A stretch of 64,000 nt of DNA from Eledone cirrhosa. Its lineage: Eukaryota. How positions within the stretch are numbered: position 1 is the first letter of the stretch; every line of letters begins with the position of its first letter. Made by a program: the position numbers and the translations under genes. Of this stretch, positions 1 through 15,000 are shown in pieces. Where the stretch lies: contig OZ024740.1 of assembly GCA_964016885.1 (NCBI GenBank), positions 426,498,001 through 426,562,000 on the forward strand. Reading direction: 5' to 3'. The notes beneath the pieces are model-generated. The model did not search any database, had not been told where the DNA came from, and saw nothing but the letters and a program-made list of their open reading frames with translations.

Positions 1-3000
1 ATATCACAGTCCAGAACATGTAACAACCAATATCACAGTCCTGAACATGTAACAACCAATATCACAGTCCTGAACATGTAACAACCAATATCACAGTCCA
101 GAACATGTAACAACCAATATCACAGTCCAGAACATGTAACAACCAATATCACAGTCCACAACATGTAACAACCAATATCACAGTCCTGAACATGTAACAA
201 CCAATATCACAGTCCTGAACATGTAACAACCAATATCACAGTCCAGAATATCTAACAACCAATATCACAGTCCTGAACATGTAACAACCAATATCACAGT
301 CCAGAACATGTAACAACCAATATCACAGTCCAGAACATGTAACAACCAATATCACAGTCCTGAACATGTAACAACCAATATCACAGTCCTGAACATGTAA
401 CAACCGATATCACAGTCCAGAACATGTAACAACCAATATCACAGTCCTGAACATGTAACAACCAATATCACAGTCCTGAACATGTAACAACCAATATCAC
501 AGTCCTGAACATGTAACAACCAATATCACAGTCCAGAACATGTAACAACCAATATCACAGTCCTGAACATGTAACAACCAATATCACAGTCCAGAACATC
601 TAACAACCAATATCACAGTCCAGAACATCTAACAATCAATATCACAGTCCAGAGAATGTAACAACCAATATCACAGTCCAGAACATCTAACAACCAATAT
701 CACAGTCCAGAACATGTAACAACCAATATCACAGTCCAGAACATGTAACAACCAATATCACAGTCCAGAACATGTAACAACCAATATCACAGTCCAGAAC
801 ATGTAACAACCAATATCACAGTCCTGAACATGTAACAACCAATATCACAGTCCAGAACATGTAACAACCAATATCACAGTCCAGAACATGTAACAACCAA
901 TATCACAGTCCAGAACATGTAACAACCAATATCACAGTCCTGAACATGTAACAACCAATATCACAGTCCTGAACATGTAACAACCAATATCACAGTCCAG
1001 AACATCTAACAACCAATATCACAGTCCAGAACATGTAACAACCAATATCACAGTCCAGAACATGTAACAACCAATATCACAGTCCAGAACATCTAACAAC
1101 CAATATCACAGTCCAGAACATCTAACAACCAATATCACAGTCCTGAACATGTAACAACCAATATCACAGTCCTGAACATGTAACAACCAATATCACAGTC
1201 CTGAACATGTAACAACCAATATCACAGTCCAGAACATCTAACAACCAATATCACAGTCCAGAACATCTAACAACCAATATCACAGTCCAGAACATCTAAC
1301 AACCAATATCACAGTCCAGAACATCTAACAACCAATATCACAGTCCTGAACATGTAACAACCAATATCACAGTCCAGAACATGTAACAACCAATATCACA
1401 GTCCTGAACATTTAACAACCAATATCACAGTCCAGAACATGTAACAACCAATATCACAGTCCAGAACATGTAACAACCAATATCACAGTCCAGAACATGT
1501 AACAACCAATATCACAGTCCTGAACATGTAACAACCAATATCACAGTCCAGAACATGTAACAACCAATATCACAGTCCAGAACATGTAACAACCAATATC
1601 ACAGTCCAGAACATGTAACAACCAATATCACAGTCCTGAACATGTAACAACCAATATCACAGTCCAGAAAATGTAACAACCAATATCACAGTCCAGAACA
1701 TGTAACAACCAATATCACAGTCCAGAACATGTAACAACCAATATCACAGTCCTGAACATGTAACAACCAATATCACAGTCCTGAACATGTAACAACCAAT
1801 ATCACAGTCCAGAACATGTAACAACCAATATCACAGTCCTGAACATGTAACAACCAATATCACAGTCCAGAACATCTAACAACCAATATCACAGTCCAGA
1901 ACATCTAACAACCAATATCACAGTCCAGAACATCTAACAACCAATATCACAGTCCAGAACATCTAACAACCAATATCACAGTCCAGAACATCTAACAACC
2001 AATATCACAGTCCTGAACATGTAACAACCAATATCACAGTCCAAAACATGTAACAACCAATATCACAGTCCTGAACATTTAACAACCAATATCACAGTCC
2101 AGAACATGTAACAACCAATATCACAGTCCAGAACATGTAACAACCAATATCACAGTCCAGAACATGTAACAACCAATATCACAGTCCTGAACATGTAACA
2201 ACCAATATCACAGTCCAGAACATGTAACAACCAATATCACAGTCCAGAACATGTAACAACCAATATCACAGTCCAGAACATGTAACAACCAATATCACAG
2301 TCCAGAACATGTAACAACCAATATCACAGTCCAGAACATGTAACAACCAATATCACAGTCCAGAACATGTAACAACAAATATCACAGTCCAGAACATGTA
2401 ACAACCAATATCACAGTCCTGAACATGTAACAACCAATATCACAGTCCTGAACATGTAACAACCAATATCACAGTCCAGAACATGTAACAACCAATATCA
2501 CAGTCCAGAACATGTAACAACCAATATCACAGTCCTGAACATGTAACAACCAATATCACAGTCCAGAACATGTAACAACCAATATCACAGTCCAGAACAT
2601 GTAACAACCAATATCACAGTCCTGAACATGTAACAACCAATATCACGGTTCAGAACATGTAACAACCAATATCACAGTCCTGAACATGTAACAACCAATA
2701 TCACAGTCCAGAACATGTAACAACCAATATCACAGTCCTGAACATGTAACAACCAATATCACAGTCCTGAACATGTAACAACCAATATCACTGTCCAGAA
2801 CATGTAACAACCAATATCACAGCCCTGAACATGTAACAACCAATATCACAGTCCAGAACATCTAACAACCAATATCACAGTCCAGAACATCTAACAACCA
2901 ATATCACAGTCCAGAACATCTAACAACCAATATCACAGTCCAGAACATGTAACAACCAATATCACAGCCCAGAACATGTAACAACCAATATCACAGTCCA

Positions 3001-6000
3001 GAACATGTAACAACCAATATCACAGTCCAGAACATGTAACAACCAATATCACAGTCCTGAACATGTAACAACCAATATCACAGTCCAGAACATGTAACAA
3101 CCAATATCACACTCCAGAACATGTAACAACCAATATCACAGCCCTGAACATGTAACAACCAATATCACAGTCCTGAACATGTAACAACCAATATCACAGT
3201 CCAGAACATGTAACAACCAATATCACAATCCAGAACATGTAACAACCAATATCACAGTCCTGAACATGTAACAACCAATATCACAGTCCAGAACATCTAA
3301 CAACCAATATCACAGTCCTGAACATGTAACAACCAATATCACAGTCCTGAACATGTAACAACCAATACCACAGTCCTGAACATGTAACAACCAATATCAC
3401 AGTCCAGAACATCTAACAACCAATATCACAGCCCTGAACATGTAACAACCAATATCACAGTTCAGAACATGTAACAACCAATATCACAGTCCAGAACATG
3501 TAACAACCAATATCACAGTCCTGAACATGTAACAACCAATATCACAGTCCTGAACATGTAACAACCAATATCACAGTCCTGAACATGTAACAACCAATAT
3601 CACAGCCCTGAACATGTAACAACCAATATCACAGCCCTGAACATGTAACAACCAATATCACAGTTCAGAACATGTAACAACCAATATCACAATCCAGAAC
3701 ATGTAGCAACCAATATCACAGTCCTGAACATGTAACAACCAATATCACAGTCCTGAACATGTAACAACCAATATCACAGTCCTGAACATGTAACAACCAA
3801 TATCACAGTCCAGAACATATAACAACCAATATCACAGTCCTGATCATGTAACAACCAATATCATAGTCCTGAACATACCGATATCATAGCCCTGAACATG
3901 TAACAACCAATATCACAGTCCTGAACATGTAGCAACCAATATCGCAGTTCTGAACATGTAAGAACCAATACCACAGTCCTGAACATGTAACAACCAATAT
4001 CACAGTCCTGAACATGTAGCAACCAATACCACAGTCCTCAACATGTGAACATGTAACAACCAATATCACAGTCCAGAACATGTAACAACCAATATCACAG
4101 TCCAGAACATGTAACAACCAATATCACAGTCCAGAACATCTAACAACCAATATCACAGTCCAGAACATCTAACAACCAATATCACAGTCCTGAACATGTA
4201 ACAACCAATATCACAGTCCAGAACATCTAACAACCAATATCACAGTCCAGAACATCTAACAACCAATATCACAGTCCAGAACATCTAACAACCAATATCA
4301 CAGTCCTGAACATCTAACAACCAATATCACAGTCCAGAACATCTAACAACCAATATCACAGTCCAGAACATCTAACAACCAATATCACAGTCCTGAACAT
4401 CTAACAACCAATATCACAGTCCAGAACATGTAACAACCAATATCACAGTCCTGAACATGTAACAACCAATATCACAGTCCTGAACATGTAACAACCAATA
4501 TCACAGTCCAGAACATGTAACAACCAATATCACAGTCCAGAACATCTAACAACCAATATCACAGTCCAGAACATCTAACAACCAATATCACAGTCCAGAA
4601 CATGTAACAACCAATATCACAGCCCTGAACATGTAACAACCAATATCACAGTCCAGAACATGTAACAACCAATATCACAGCCCTGAACATGTAACAACCA
4701 ATATCACAGTCCTGAACATCTAACAACCAATACCACAGTCCTCAACATGTGAACATGTAACAACCAATATCACAGTCCAGAACATGTAACAACCAATATC
4801 ACAGCCCTGAACATGTAACAACCAATATCACAGTCCAGAACATGTAACAACCAATATCACAGTCCTGAACATGTAACAACCAATATCACAGTCCAGAACA
4901 TGTAACAACCAATATCACAGTCCAGAACATGTAACAACCAATATCACAGTCCTGAACATCTAACAACCAATATCACAGTCCTGAACATGTAACAACCAAT
5001 ATCACAGTCCTGAACATGTAACAACCAATATCACAGTCCAGAACATGTAACAACCAATATCACAGTCCAGAAGATGTAACAACCAATATCACAGTCCTGA
5101 ACATGTAACAACCAATATCACAGTCCAGAACATGTAACAACCAATATCACAGTCCAGAAGATGTAACAACCAATATCACAGTCCAGAACATGTAACAACC
5201 AATATCACAGTCCTGAACATGTAACAACCAATATCACAGTCCAGAACATGTAACAACCAATATCACAGTCCTGAACATGTAACAACCAATATCACAGTCC
5301 AGAACATCTAACAACCAATATCACAGTCCAGAACATCTAACAACCAATATCACAGTCCAGAACATGTAACAACCAATATCACAGCCCTGAACATGTAACA
5401 ACCAATATCACAGTCCTGAACATGTAACAACCAATATCACAGTCCAGAACATGTAACAACCAATATCACAGCCCTGAACATGTAACAACCAATATCACAG
5501 TCCAGAACATGTAACAACCAATATCACAGTCCAGAACATGTAACAACCAATATCACAGTCCTGAACATCTAACAACCAATATCACAGTCCTGAACATGTA
5601 ACAACCAATATCACAGTCCTGAACATGTAACAACCAATATCACAGTCCTGAACATGTAACAACCAATATCAGAGTCCTGAACATGTAACAACCAATATCA
5701 CAGTCCTGAACATGTAACAACCAATATCACAGTCTAGAACATGTAACAACCAATATCACAGTCCTGAACATGTAACAACCAATATCACAGTCCTGAACAT
5801 GTAACAACCAATATCACAGTCCAGAACATGTAACAACCAATATCACAGTCCAGAACATGTAACAACCAATATCACAGTCCTGAACATGTAACAACCAATA
5901 TCACAGTCCTGAAGATGTAACAACCAATATCACAGTCCAGAACATCTAACAACCAATATCACAGTCCAGAACATCTAACAACCAATATCACAGTCCAGAA

Positions 6001-9000
6001 CATCTAACAACCAATATCACAGTCCAGAACATGTAACAACCAATATCACAGCCCTGAACATGTAACAACCAATATCACAGTCCAGAACATGTAACAACCA
6101 ATATCACAGTCCTGAACATGTAACAACCAATATCACAGTCCTGAACATGTAACAACCAATATCACAGTCCAGAACATGTAACAACCAATATCACAGTCCA
6201 GAACATGTAACAACCAATATCACAGTCCTGAACATGTAACAACCAACATAACAGTCCAGAACATCTAACAACCAATATCACAGTCCAGAACATCTAACAA
6301 CCAATATCACAGTCCAGAACATCTAACAACCAATATAACAGTCCAGAACATCTAACAACCAATATAACAGTCCAGAACATGTAACAACCAATATCACAGT
6401 CCAGAACATGTAACAACCAATATCACAGTCCTGAACATGTAACAACCAATATCACAGTCCAGAACATGTAACAACCAATATCACAGTCCAGAACATGTAA
6501 CAACCAATATCACAGTCCTGAACATGTAACAACCAATATAACAGTCCAGAACATCTAACAACCAATATCACAGTCCAGAACATCTAACAACCAATATCAC
6601 AGTCCAGAACATCTAACAACCAATATCACAGTCCAGAACATCTAACAACCAATATCACAGTCCAGAACATGTAACAACCAATATCACAGCCCTGAACATG
6701 TAACAACCAATATCACAGTCCTGAACATGTAACAACCAATATCACAGTCCAGAACATGTAACAACCAATATCACAGTCCTGAACATGTAACAACCAATAT
6801 CACAGTCCAGAACATGTAACAACCAATATCACAGTCCTGAACATGTAACAACCAATATCACAGTCCAGAACATGTAACAACCAATATCACAGCCCTGAAC
6901 ATGTAACAACCAATATCACAGCCCTGAACATGTAACAACCAATATCACATCCCTGAACATGTAACAACCAATATCACAGTCCTGAACATGTAACAACCAA
7001 TTTCACAGTCCTGAACATGTAACAACCAATATCACAGTCCAGAACATGTAACAACCAATATCACAGTCCTGAACATGTAACAACCAATATCACAGTCCTC
7101 AACATGTAACAGCCAATTTCACAGTCCTGAACATGTAACAACCAATATCACAGTCCAGAACATGTAACAACCAATATCACAGTCCAGAACATGTAACAAC
7201 CAATATCACAGTCCTGAACATGTAACAACCAATATCACAGTCCAGAACATCTAACAACCAATATCACAGTCCAGAACATGTAACAACCAATATCACAGCC
7301 CTGAACATGTAACAACCAATATCACAGTCCAGAACATGTAACAACCAATATCACAGTCCAGAACATGTAACAACCAATATCACAGTCCTGAACATGTAAC
7401 AACCAATATCACAGTCCTGAACACGTAACAACCAATATCACAGTCCAGAACATGTAACAACCAATATCACAGTTCAGAACATGTAACAACCAATATCACA
7501 GTCCAGAACATGTAACAACCAATATCACAGTCCAGAACATGTAACAACCAATATCACAGTCCAGAACATGTAACAACCAATATCACAGTCCTGAACATGT
7601 AACAACCAATATCACAGTCCTGAACATGTAACAACCAATATCACAGTCCAGAACATGTAACAACCAATATCACAGTCCAGAACATGTAACAACCAATATC
7701 ACAGTCCAGAACATGTAACAACCAATATCACAGCCCTGAACATGTAACAACCAATATCACAGTCCTGAACATGTAACAACCAATATCACAGTCCAGAACA
7801 TGTAACAACCAATATCACAGTCCTGAACATGTAACAACCAATATCACAGTCCAGAACATGTAACAACCAATATCACAGTCCAGAACATGTAACAACCAAT
7901 ATCACAGTCCTGAACATGTAACAACCAATATCACAGTCCAGAACATGTAACAACCAATATCACAGTCCAGAACATGTAACAACCAATATCACAGTCCTGA
8001 ACATCTAACAACCAATATCACAGTCCTGAACATGTAACAACCAATATCACAGTCCAGAACATGTAACAACCAATATCACAGTCCTGAACATGTAACAACC
8101 AATATCACAGTCCAGAACATGTAACAACCAATATCACAGTCCAGAACATGTAACAACCAATATCACAGTCCTGAACATGTAACAACCAATATCACAGTCC
8201 AGAACATGTAACAACCAATATCACAGTCCTGAACATGTAACAACCAATATCACAGTCCAGAACATGTAACAACCAATATCACAGTCCAGAACATGTAACA
8301 ACCAATATCACAGTCCTGAACATCTAACAACCAATATCACAGTCCTGAACATGTAACAACCAATATCACAGTCCTGAACATTTAACAACCAATATCACAG
8401 TCCAGAACATGTAACAACCAATATCACAGTCCAGAAGATGTAACAACCAATATCACAGTCCTGAACATGTAACAACCAATATCACAGTCCAGAACATGTA
8501 ACAACCAATATCACAGTCCAGAAGATGTAACAACCAATATCACAGTCCAGAACATGTAACAACCAATATCACAGTCCTGAACATGTAACAACCAATATCA
8601 CAGTCCAGAACATGTAACAACCAATATCACAGTCCTGAACATGTAACAACCAATATCACAGTCCTGAACATGTAACAACCAATATCACAGTCCTGAACAT
8701 GTAACAACCAATATCACAGTCCAGAACATGTAACAACCAATATCACAGTCCTGAACATGTAACAACCAATATCACAGTCCAGAACATGTAACAACCAATA
8801 TCACAGTCCAGAACATGTAACAACCAATATCACAGTCCAGAACATGTAACAACCAATATCACAGTCCTGAACATCTAACAACCAATATCACAGTCCTGAA
8901 CATGTAACAACCAATATCACAGTCCTGAACATGTAACAACCAATATCACAGTCCAGAACATCTAACAACCAATATCACAGTCCAGAACATCTAACAACCA

Positions 9001-12000
9001 ATATCACAGTCCAGAACATGTAACAACCAATATCACAGCCCTGAACATGTAACAACCAATATCACAGTCCTGAACATGTAACAACCAATATCACAGTCCA
9101 GAACATGTAACAACCAATATCACAGCCCTGAACATGTAACAACCAATATCACAGTCCAGAACATGTAACAACCAATATCACAGTCCAGAACATGTAACAA
9201 CCAATATCACAGTCCTGAACATCTAACAACCAATATCACAGTCCTGAACATGTAACAACCAATATCACAGTCCTGAACATGTAACAACCAATATCACAGT
9301 CCTGAACATGTAACAACCAATATCACAGTCCTGAACATGTAACAACCAATATCACAGTCCTGAACATGTAACAACCAATATCACAGTCTAGAACATGTAA
9401 CAACCAATATCACAGTCCTGAACATGTAACAACCAATATCACAGTCCTGAACATGTAACAACCAATATCACAGTCCAGAACATGTAACAACCAATATCAC
9501 AGTCCAGAACATGTAACAACCAATATCACAGTCCTTAACATGTAACAACCAATATCACAGTCCTGAAGATGTAACAACCAATATCACAGTCCAGAACATC
9601 TAACAACCAATATCACAGTCCAGAACATCTAACAACCAATATCACAGTCCAGAACATCTAACAACCAATATAACAGTCCAGAACATCTAACAACCAATAT
9701 CACAGTCCAGAACATGTAACAACCAATATCACAGTCCAGAACATGTAACAACCAATATCACAGTCCTGAACATGTAACAACCAATATCACAGTCCAGAAC
9801 ATGTAACAACCAATATCACAGTGCAGAACATGTAAAACCAATATCACAGTCCAGAACATGTAACAACCAATATCACAGCCCTGAACATGTAACAACCAAT
9901 ATCACAGTCCTGAACATGTAACAACCAATATCACAGTCCAGAACATGTAACAACCAATATCACAGTCCTGAACATGTAACAACCAATATCACAGTCCAGA
10001 ACATGTAACAACCAATATCACAGTCCAGAACATGTAACAACCAATATCACAGTCCTGAACATGTAACAACCAATATCACAGTCCAGAACATGTAACAACC
10101 AATATCACAGTCCAGAACATGTAACAACCAATATCACAGTCCTGAACATCTAACAACCAATATCACAGTCCTGAACATGTAACAACCAATATCACAGTCC
10201 AGAACATGTAACAACCAATATCACAGTCCAGAACATGTAACAACCAATATCACAGTCCAGAACATGTAACAACCAATATCACAGTCCAGAACATGTAACA
10301 ACCAATATCACAGTCCTGAACATGTAACAACCAATATCACAGTCCAGAACATGTAACAACCAATATCACAGTCCTGAACATGTAACAACCAATATCACAG
10401 TCCAGAACATGTAACAACCAATATCACAGTCCAGAACATGTAACAACCGATATCACAGTCCTGAACATCTAACAACCAATATCACAGTCCTGAACATGTA
10501 ACAACCAATATCACAGTCCTGAACATGTAACAACCAATATCACAGTCCAGAACATGTAACAACCAATATCACAGTCCAGAAGATGTAACAACCAATATCA
10601 CAGTCCTGAACATGTAACAACCAATATCACAGTCCAGAACATGTAACAACCAATATCACAGTCCAGAAGATGTAACAACCAATATCACAGTCCAGAACAT
10701 GTAACAACCAATATCACAGTCCTGAACATGTAACAACCAATATCACAGTCCAGAACATGTAACAACCAATATCACAGTCCTGAACATGTAACAACCAATA
10801 TCACAGTCCTGAACATGTAACAACCAATATCACAGTCCTGAACATGTAACAACGAATATCACAGTCCAGAACATGTAACAACCAATATCACAGTCCTGAA
10901 CATGTAACAACCAATATCACAGTCCAGAACATGTAACAACCAATATCACAGTCCAGAACATGTAACAACCAATATCACAGTCCAGAACATGTAACAACCA
11001 ATATCACAGTCCTGAACATCTAACAACCAATATCACAGTCCTGAACATGTAACAACCAATATCACAGTCCTGAACATGTAACAACCAATATCACAGTCCA
11101 GAACATCTAACAACCAATATCACAGTCCAGAACATCTAACAACCAATATCACAGTCCAGAACATGTAACAACCAATATCACAGCCCTGAACATGTAACAA
11201 CCAATATCACAGTCCTGAACATGTAACAACCAATATCACAGTCCAGAACATGTAACAACCAATATCACAGCCCTGAACATGTAACAACCAATATCACAGT
11301 CCAGAACATGTAACAACCAATATCACAGTCCAGAACATGTAACAACCAATATCACAGTCCTGAACATCTAACAACCAATATCACAGTCCTGAACATGTAA
11401 CAACCAATATCACAGTCCTGAACATGTAACAACCAATATCACAGTCCTGAACATGTAACAACCAATATCACAGTCCTGAACATGTAACAACCAATATCAC
11501 AGTCTAGAACATGTAACAACCAATATCACAGTCCTGAACATGTAACAACCCATATCACAGTCCTGAACATGTAACAACCAATATCACAGTCCAGAACATG
11601 TAACAACCAATATCACAGTCCAGAACATGTAACAACCAATATCACAGTCCTGAACATGTAACAACCAATATCACAGTCCTGAAGATGTAACAACCAATAT
11701 CACAGTCCAGAACATCTAACAACCAATATCACAGTCCAGAACATCTAACAACCAATATCACAGTCCAGAACATCTAACAACCAATATAACAGTCCAGAAC
11801 ATCTAACAACCAATATCACAGTCCAGAACATGTAACAACCAATATCACAGCCCTGAACATGTAACAACCAATATCACAGTCCAGAACATGTAACAACCAA
11901 TATCACAGTCCTGAAAATGTAACAACCAATATCACAGTCCTGAACATGTAACAACCAATATCACAGTCCAGAACATGTAACAACCAATATCACAGTCCAG

Positions 12001-15000
12001 AACATGTAACAACCAATATCACAGTCCTGAACATGTAACAACCAACATAACAGTCCAGAACATCTAACAACCAATATCACAGTCCAGAACATCTAACAAC
12101 CAATATCACAGTCCAGAACATCTAACAACCAATATAACAGTCCAGAACATCTAACAACCAATATAACAGTCCAGAACATGTAACAACCAATATCACAGTC
12201 CAGAACATGTAACAACCAATATCACAGTCCTGAACATGTAACAACCAATATCACAGTCCAGAACATGTAACAACCAATATCACAGTCCAGAACATGTAAC
12301 AACCAATATCACAGTCCTGAACATGTAACAACCAATATAACAGTCCAGAACATCTAACAACCAATATCACAGTCCAGAACATCTAACAACCAATATCACA
12401 GTCCAGAACATCTAACAACCAATATCACATTCCAGAACATCTAACAACCAATATCACAGTCCAGAACATGTAACAACCAATATCACAGCCCTGAACATGT
12501 AACAACCAATATCACAGTCCTGAACATGTAACAACCAATATCACAGTCCAGAACATGTAACAACCAATATCACAGTCCTGAACATGTAACAACCAATATC
12601 ACAGTCCAGAACATGTAACAACCAATATCACAGTCCTGAACATGTAACAACCAATATCACAGTCCAGAACATGTAACAACCAATATCACAGCCCTGAACA
12701 TGTAACAACCAATATCACAGCCCTGAACATGTAACAACCAATATCACATCCCTGAACATGTAATAACCAATATCACAGTCCTGAACATGTAACAACCAAT
12801 TTCACAGTCCTGAACATGTAACAACCAATATCACAGTCCAGAACATGTAACAACCAATATCACAGTCCTGAACATATAACAACCAATATCACAGTCCTGA
12901 ACATGTAACAGCCAATTTCACAGTCCTGAACATGTAACAACCAATATCACAGTCCAGAACATGTAACAACCAATATCACAGTCCAGAACATGTAACAACC
13001 AATATCACAGTCCTGAACATGTAACAACCAATATCACAGTCCAGAACATCTAACAACCAATATCACAGTCCAGAACATGTAACAACCAATATCACAGCCC
13101 TGAACATGTAACAACCAATATCACAGTCCAGAACATGTAACAACCAATATCACAGTCCAGAACATGTAACAACCAATATCACAGTCCTGAACATGTAACA
13201 ACCAATATCACAGTCCTGAACACGTAACAACCAATATCACAGTCCAGAACATGTAACAACCAATATCACAGTTCAGAACATGTAACAACCAATCTCACAG
13301 TCCAGAACATGTAACAACCAATATCACAGTCCAGAACATGTAACAACCAATATCACAGTCCAGAACATGTAACAACCAATATCACAGCCCTGAACATGTA
13401 ACAACCAATATCACAGTCCTGAACATGTAACAACCAATATCACAGTCCAGAACATGTAACAACCAATATCACAGTCCAGAACATTTAACAACCAATATCA
13501 CAGTCCAGAACATGTAACAACCAATAACACAGCCCTGAACATGTAACAACCAATATCACAGTCCTGAACATGTAACAACCAATATCACACTCCAGAACAT
13601 GTAACAACCAATATCACAGTCCTGAACATGTAACAACCAATATCACAGTCCAGAACATGTAACAACCAATATCACAGTCCAGAACATGTAACAACCAATA
13701 TCACAGTCCTGAACATGTAACAACCAATATCACAGTCCAGAACATGTAACAACCAATATCACAGTCCAGAACATGTAACAACCAATATCACAGTCCTGAA
13801 CATCTAACAATCAATATCACAGTCCTGAACATGTAACAACCAATATCACAGTCCAGAACATGTAACAACCAATATCACAGTCCTGAACATGTAACAACCA
13901 ATATCACAGTCCAGAACATGTAACAACCAATATCACAGTCCAGAACATGTAACAACCAATATCACAGTCCTGAACATGTAACAACCAATATCACAGTCCA
14001 GAACATGTAACAACCAATATCACAGTCCTGAATATCTAACAACCAATATCACAGTCCTGAACATCTAACAACCAATATCACAGTCCAGAACATGTAACAA
14101 CCAATATCACAGTCCAGAACATGTAACAACCAATATCACAGTCCTGAACATCTAACAACCAATATCACAGTCCTGAACATCTAACAACCAATATCACAGT
14201 CCAGAACATCTAACAACTAATATCACAGTCCAGAACATGTAACAGCCAATATCACAGTCCTGAACATGTAACAACCAATATCACAGTCCAGAACATCTAA
14301 CAACCAATATCACAGTCCAGAACATGTAACAACCAATATCACAGTCCAGAACATGTAACAACCAATATCACAGTCCAGAACATGTAACAACCAATATCAC
14401 AGTCCAGAACATCTAACAACCAATATCACAGTCCTGAACATCTAACAACCAATATCACAGTCCAGAACATCTAACATCCAATATCACAGTCCAGAACATG
14501 TAACAACCAATATCACAGTCCAGAACATGTAACAACCAATATCACAGTCCAGAACATGTAACAACCAATATCACAGTCCAGAACATCTAACAACCAATAT
14601 CACAGTCCAGAACATGTAACAACCAATATCACAGTCCTGAACATGTAACAACCAATATCACAGTCCTGAACATGTAACAACCAATATCACAGTCCTGAAC
14701 ATGTAACAACCAATATCACAGCCCTGAACATGTAACAACCAATATCACAGTCCAGAACATGTAACAACCAATATCACAGCCCTGAACATATAACAACCAA
14801 TATCACAGTCCTGAACATGTAACAACCAATATCACAGTCCAGAACATGTAACAACCAATATCACAGCCCTGAACATGTAACAACCAATATCACAGTCCAG
14901 AACATGTAACAACCAATATCACAGTCCAGAACATGTAACAACCAATATCACAGTCCAGAACATGTAACAACCAATATCACAGTCCTGAACATGTAACAAC

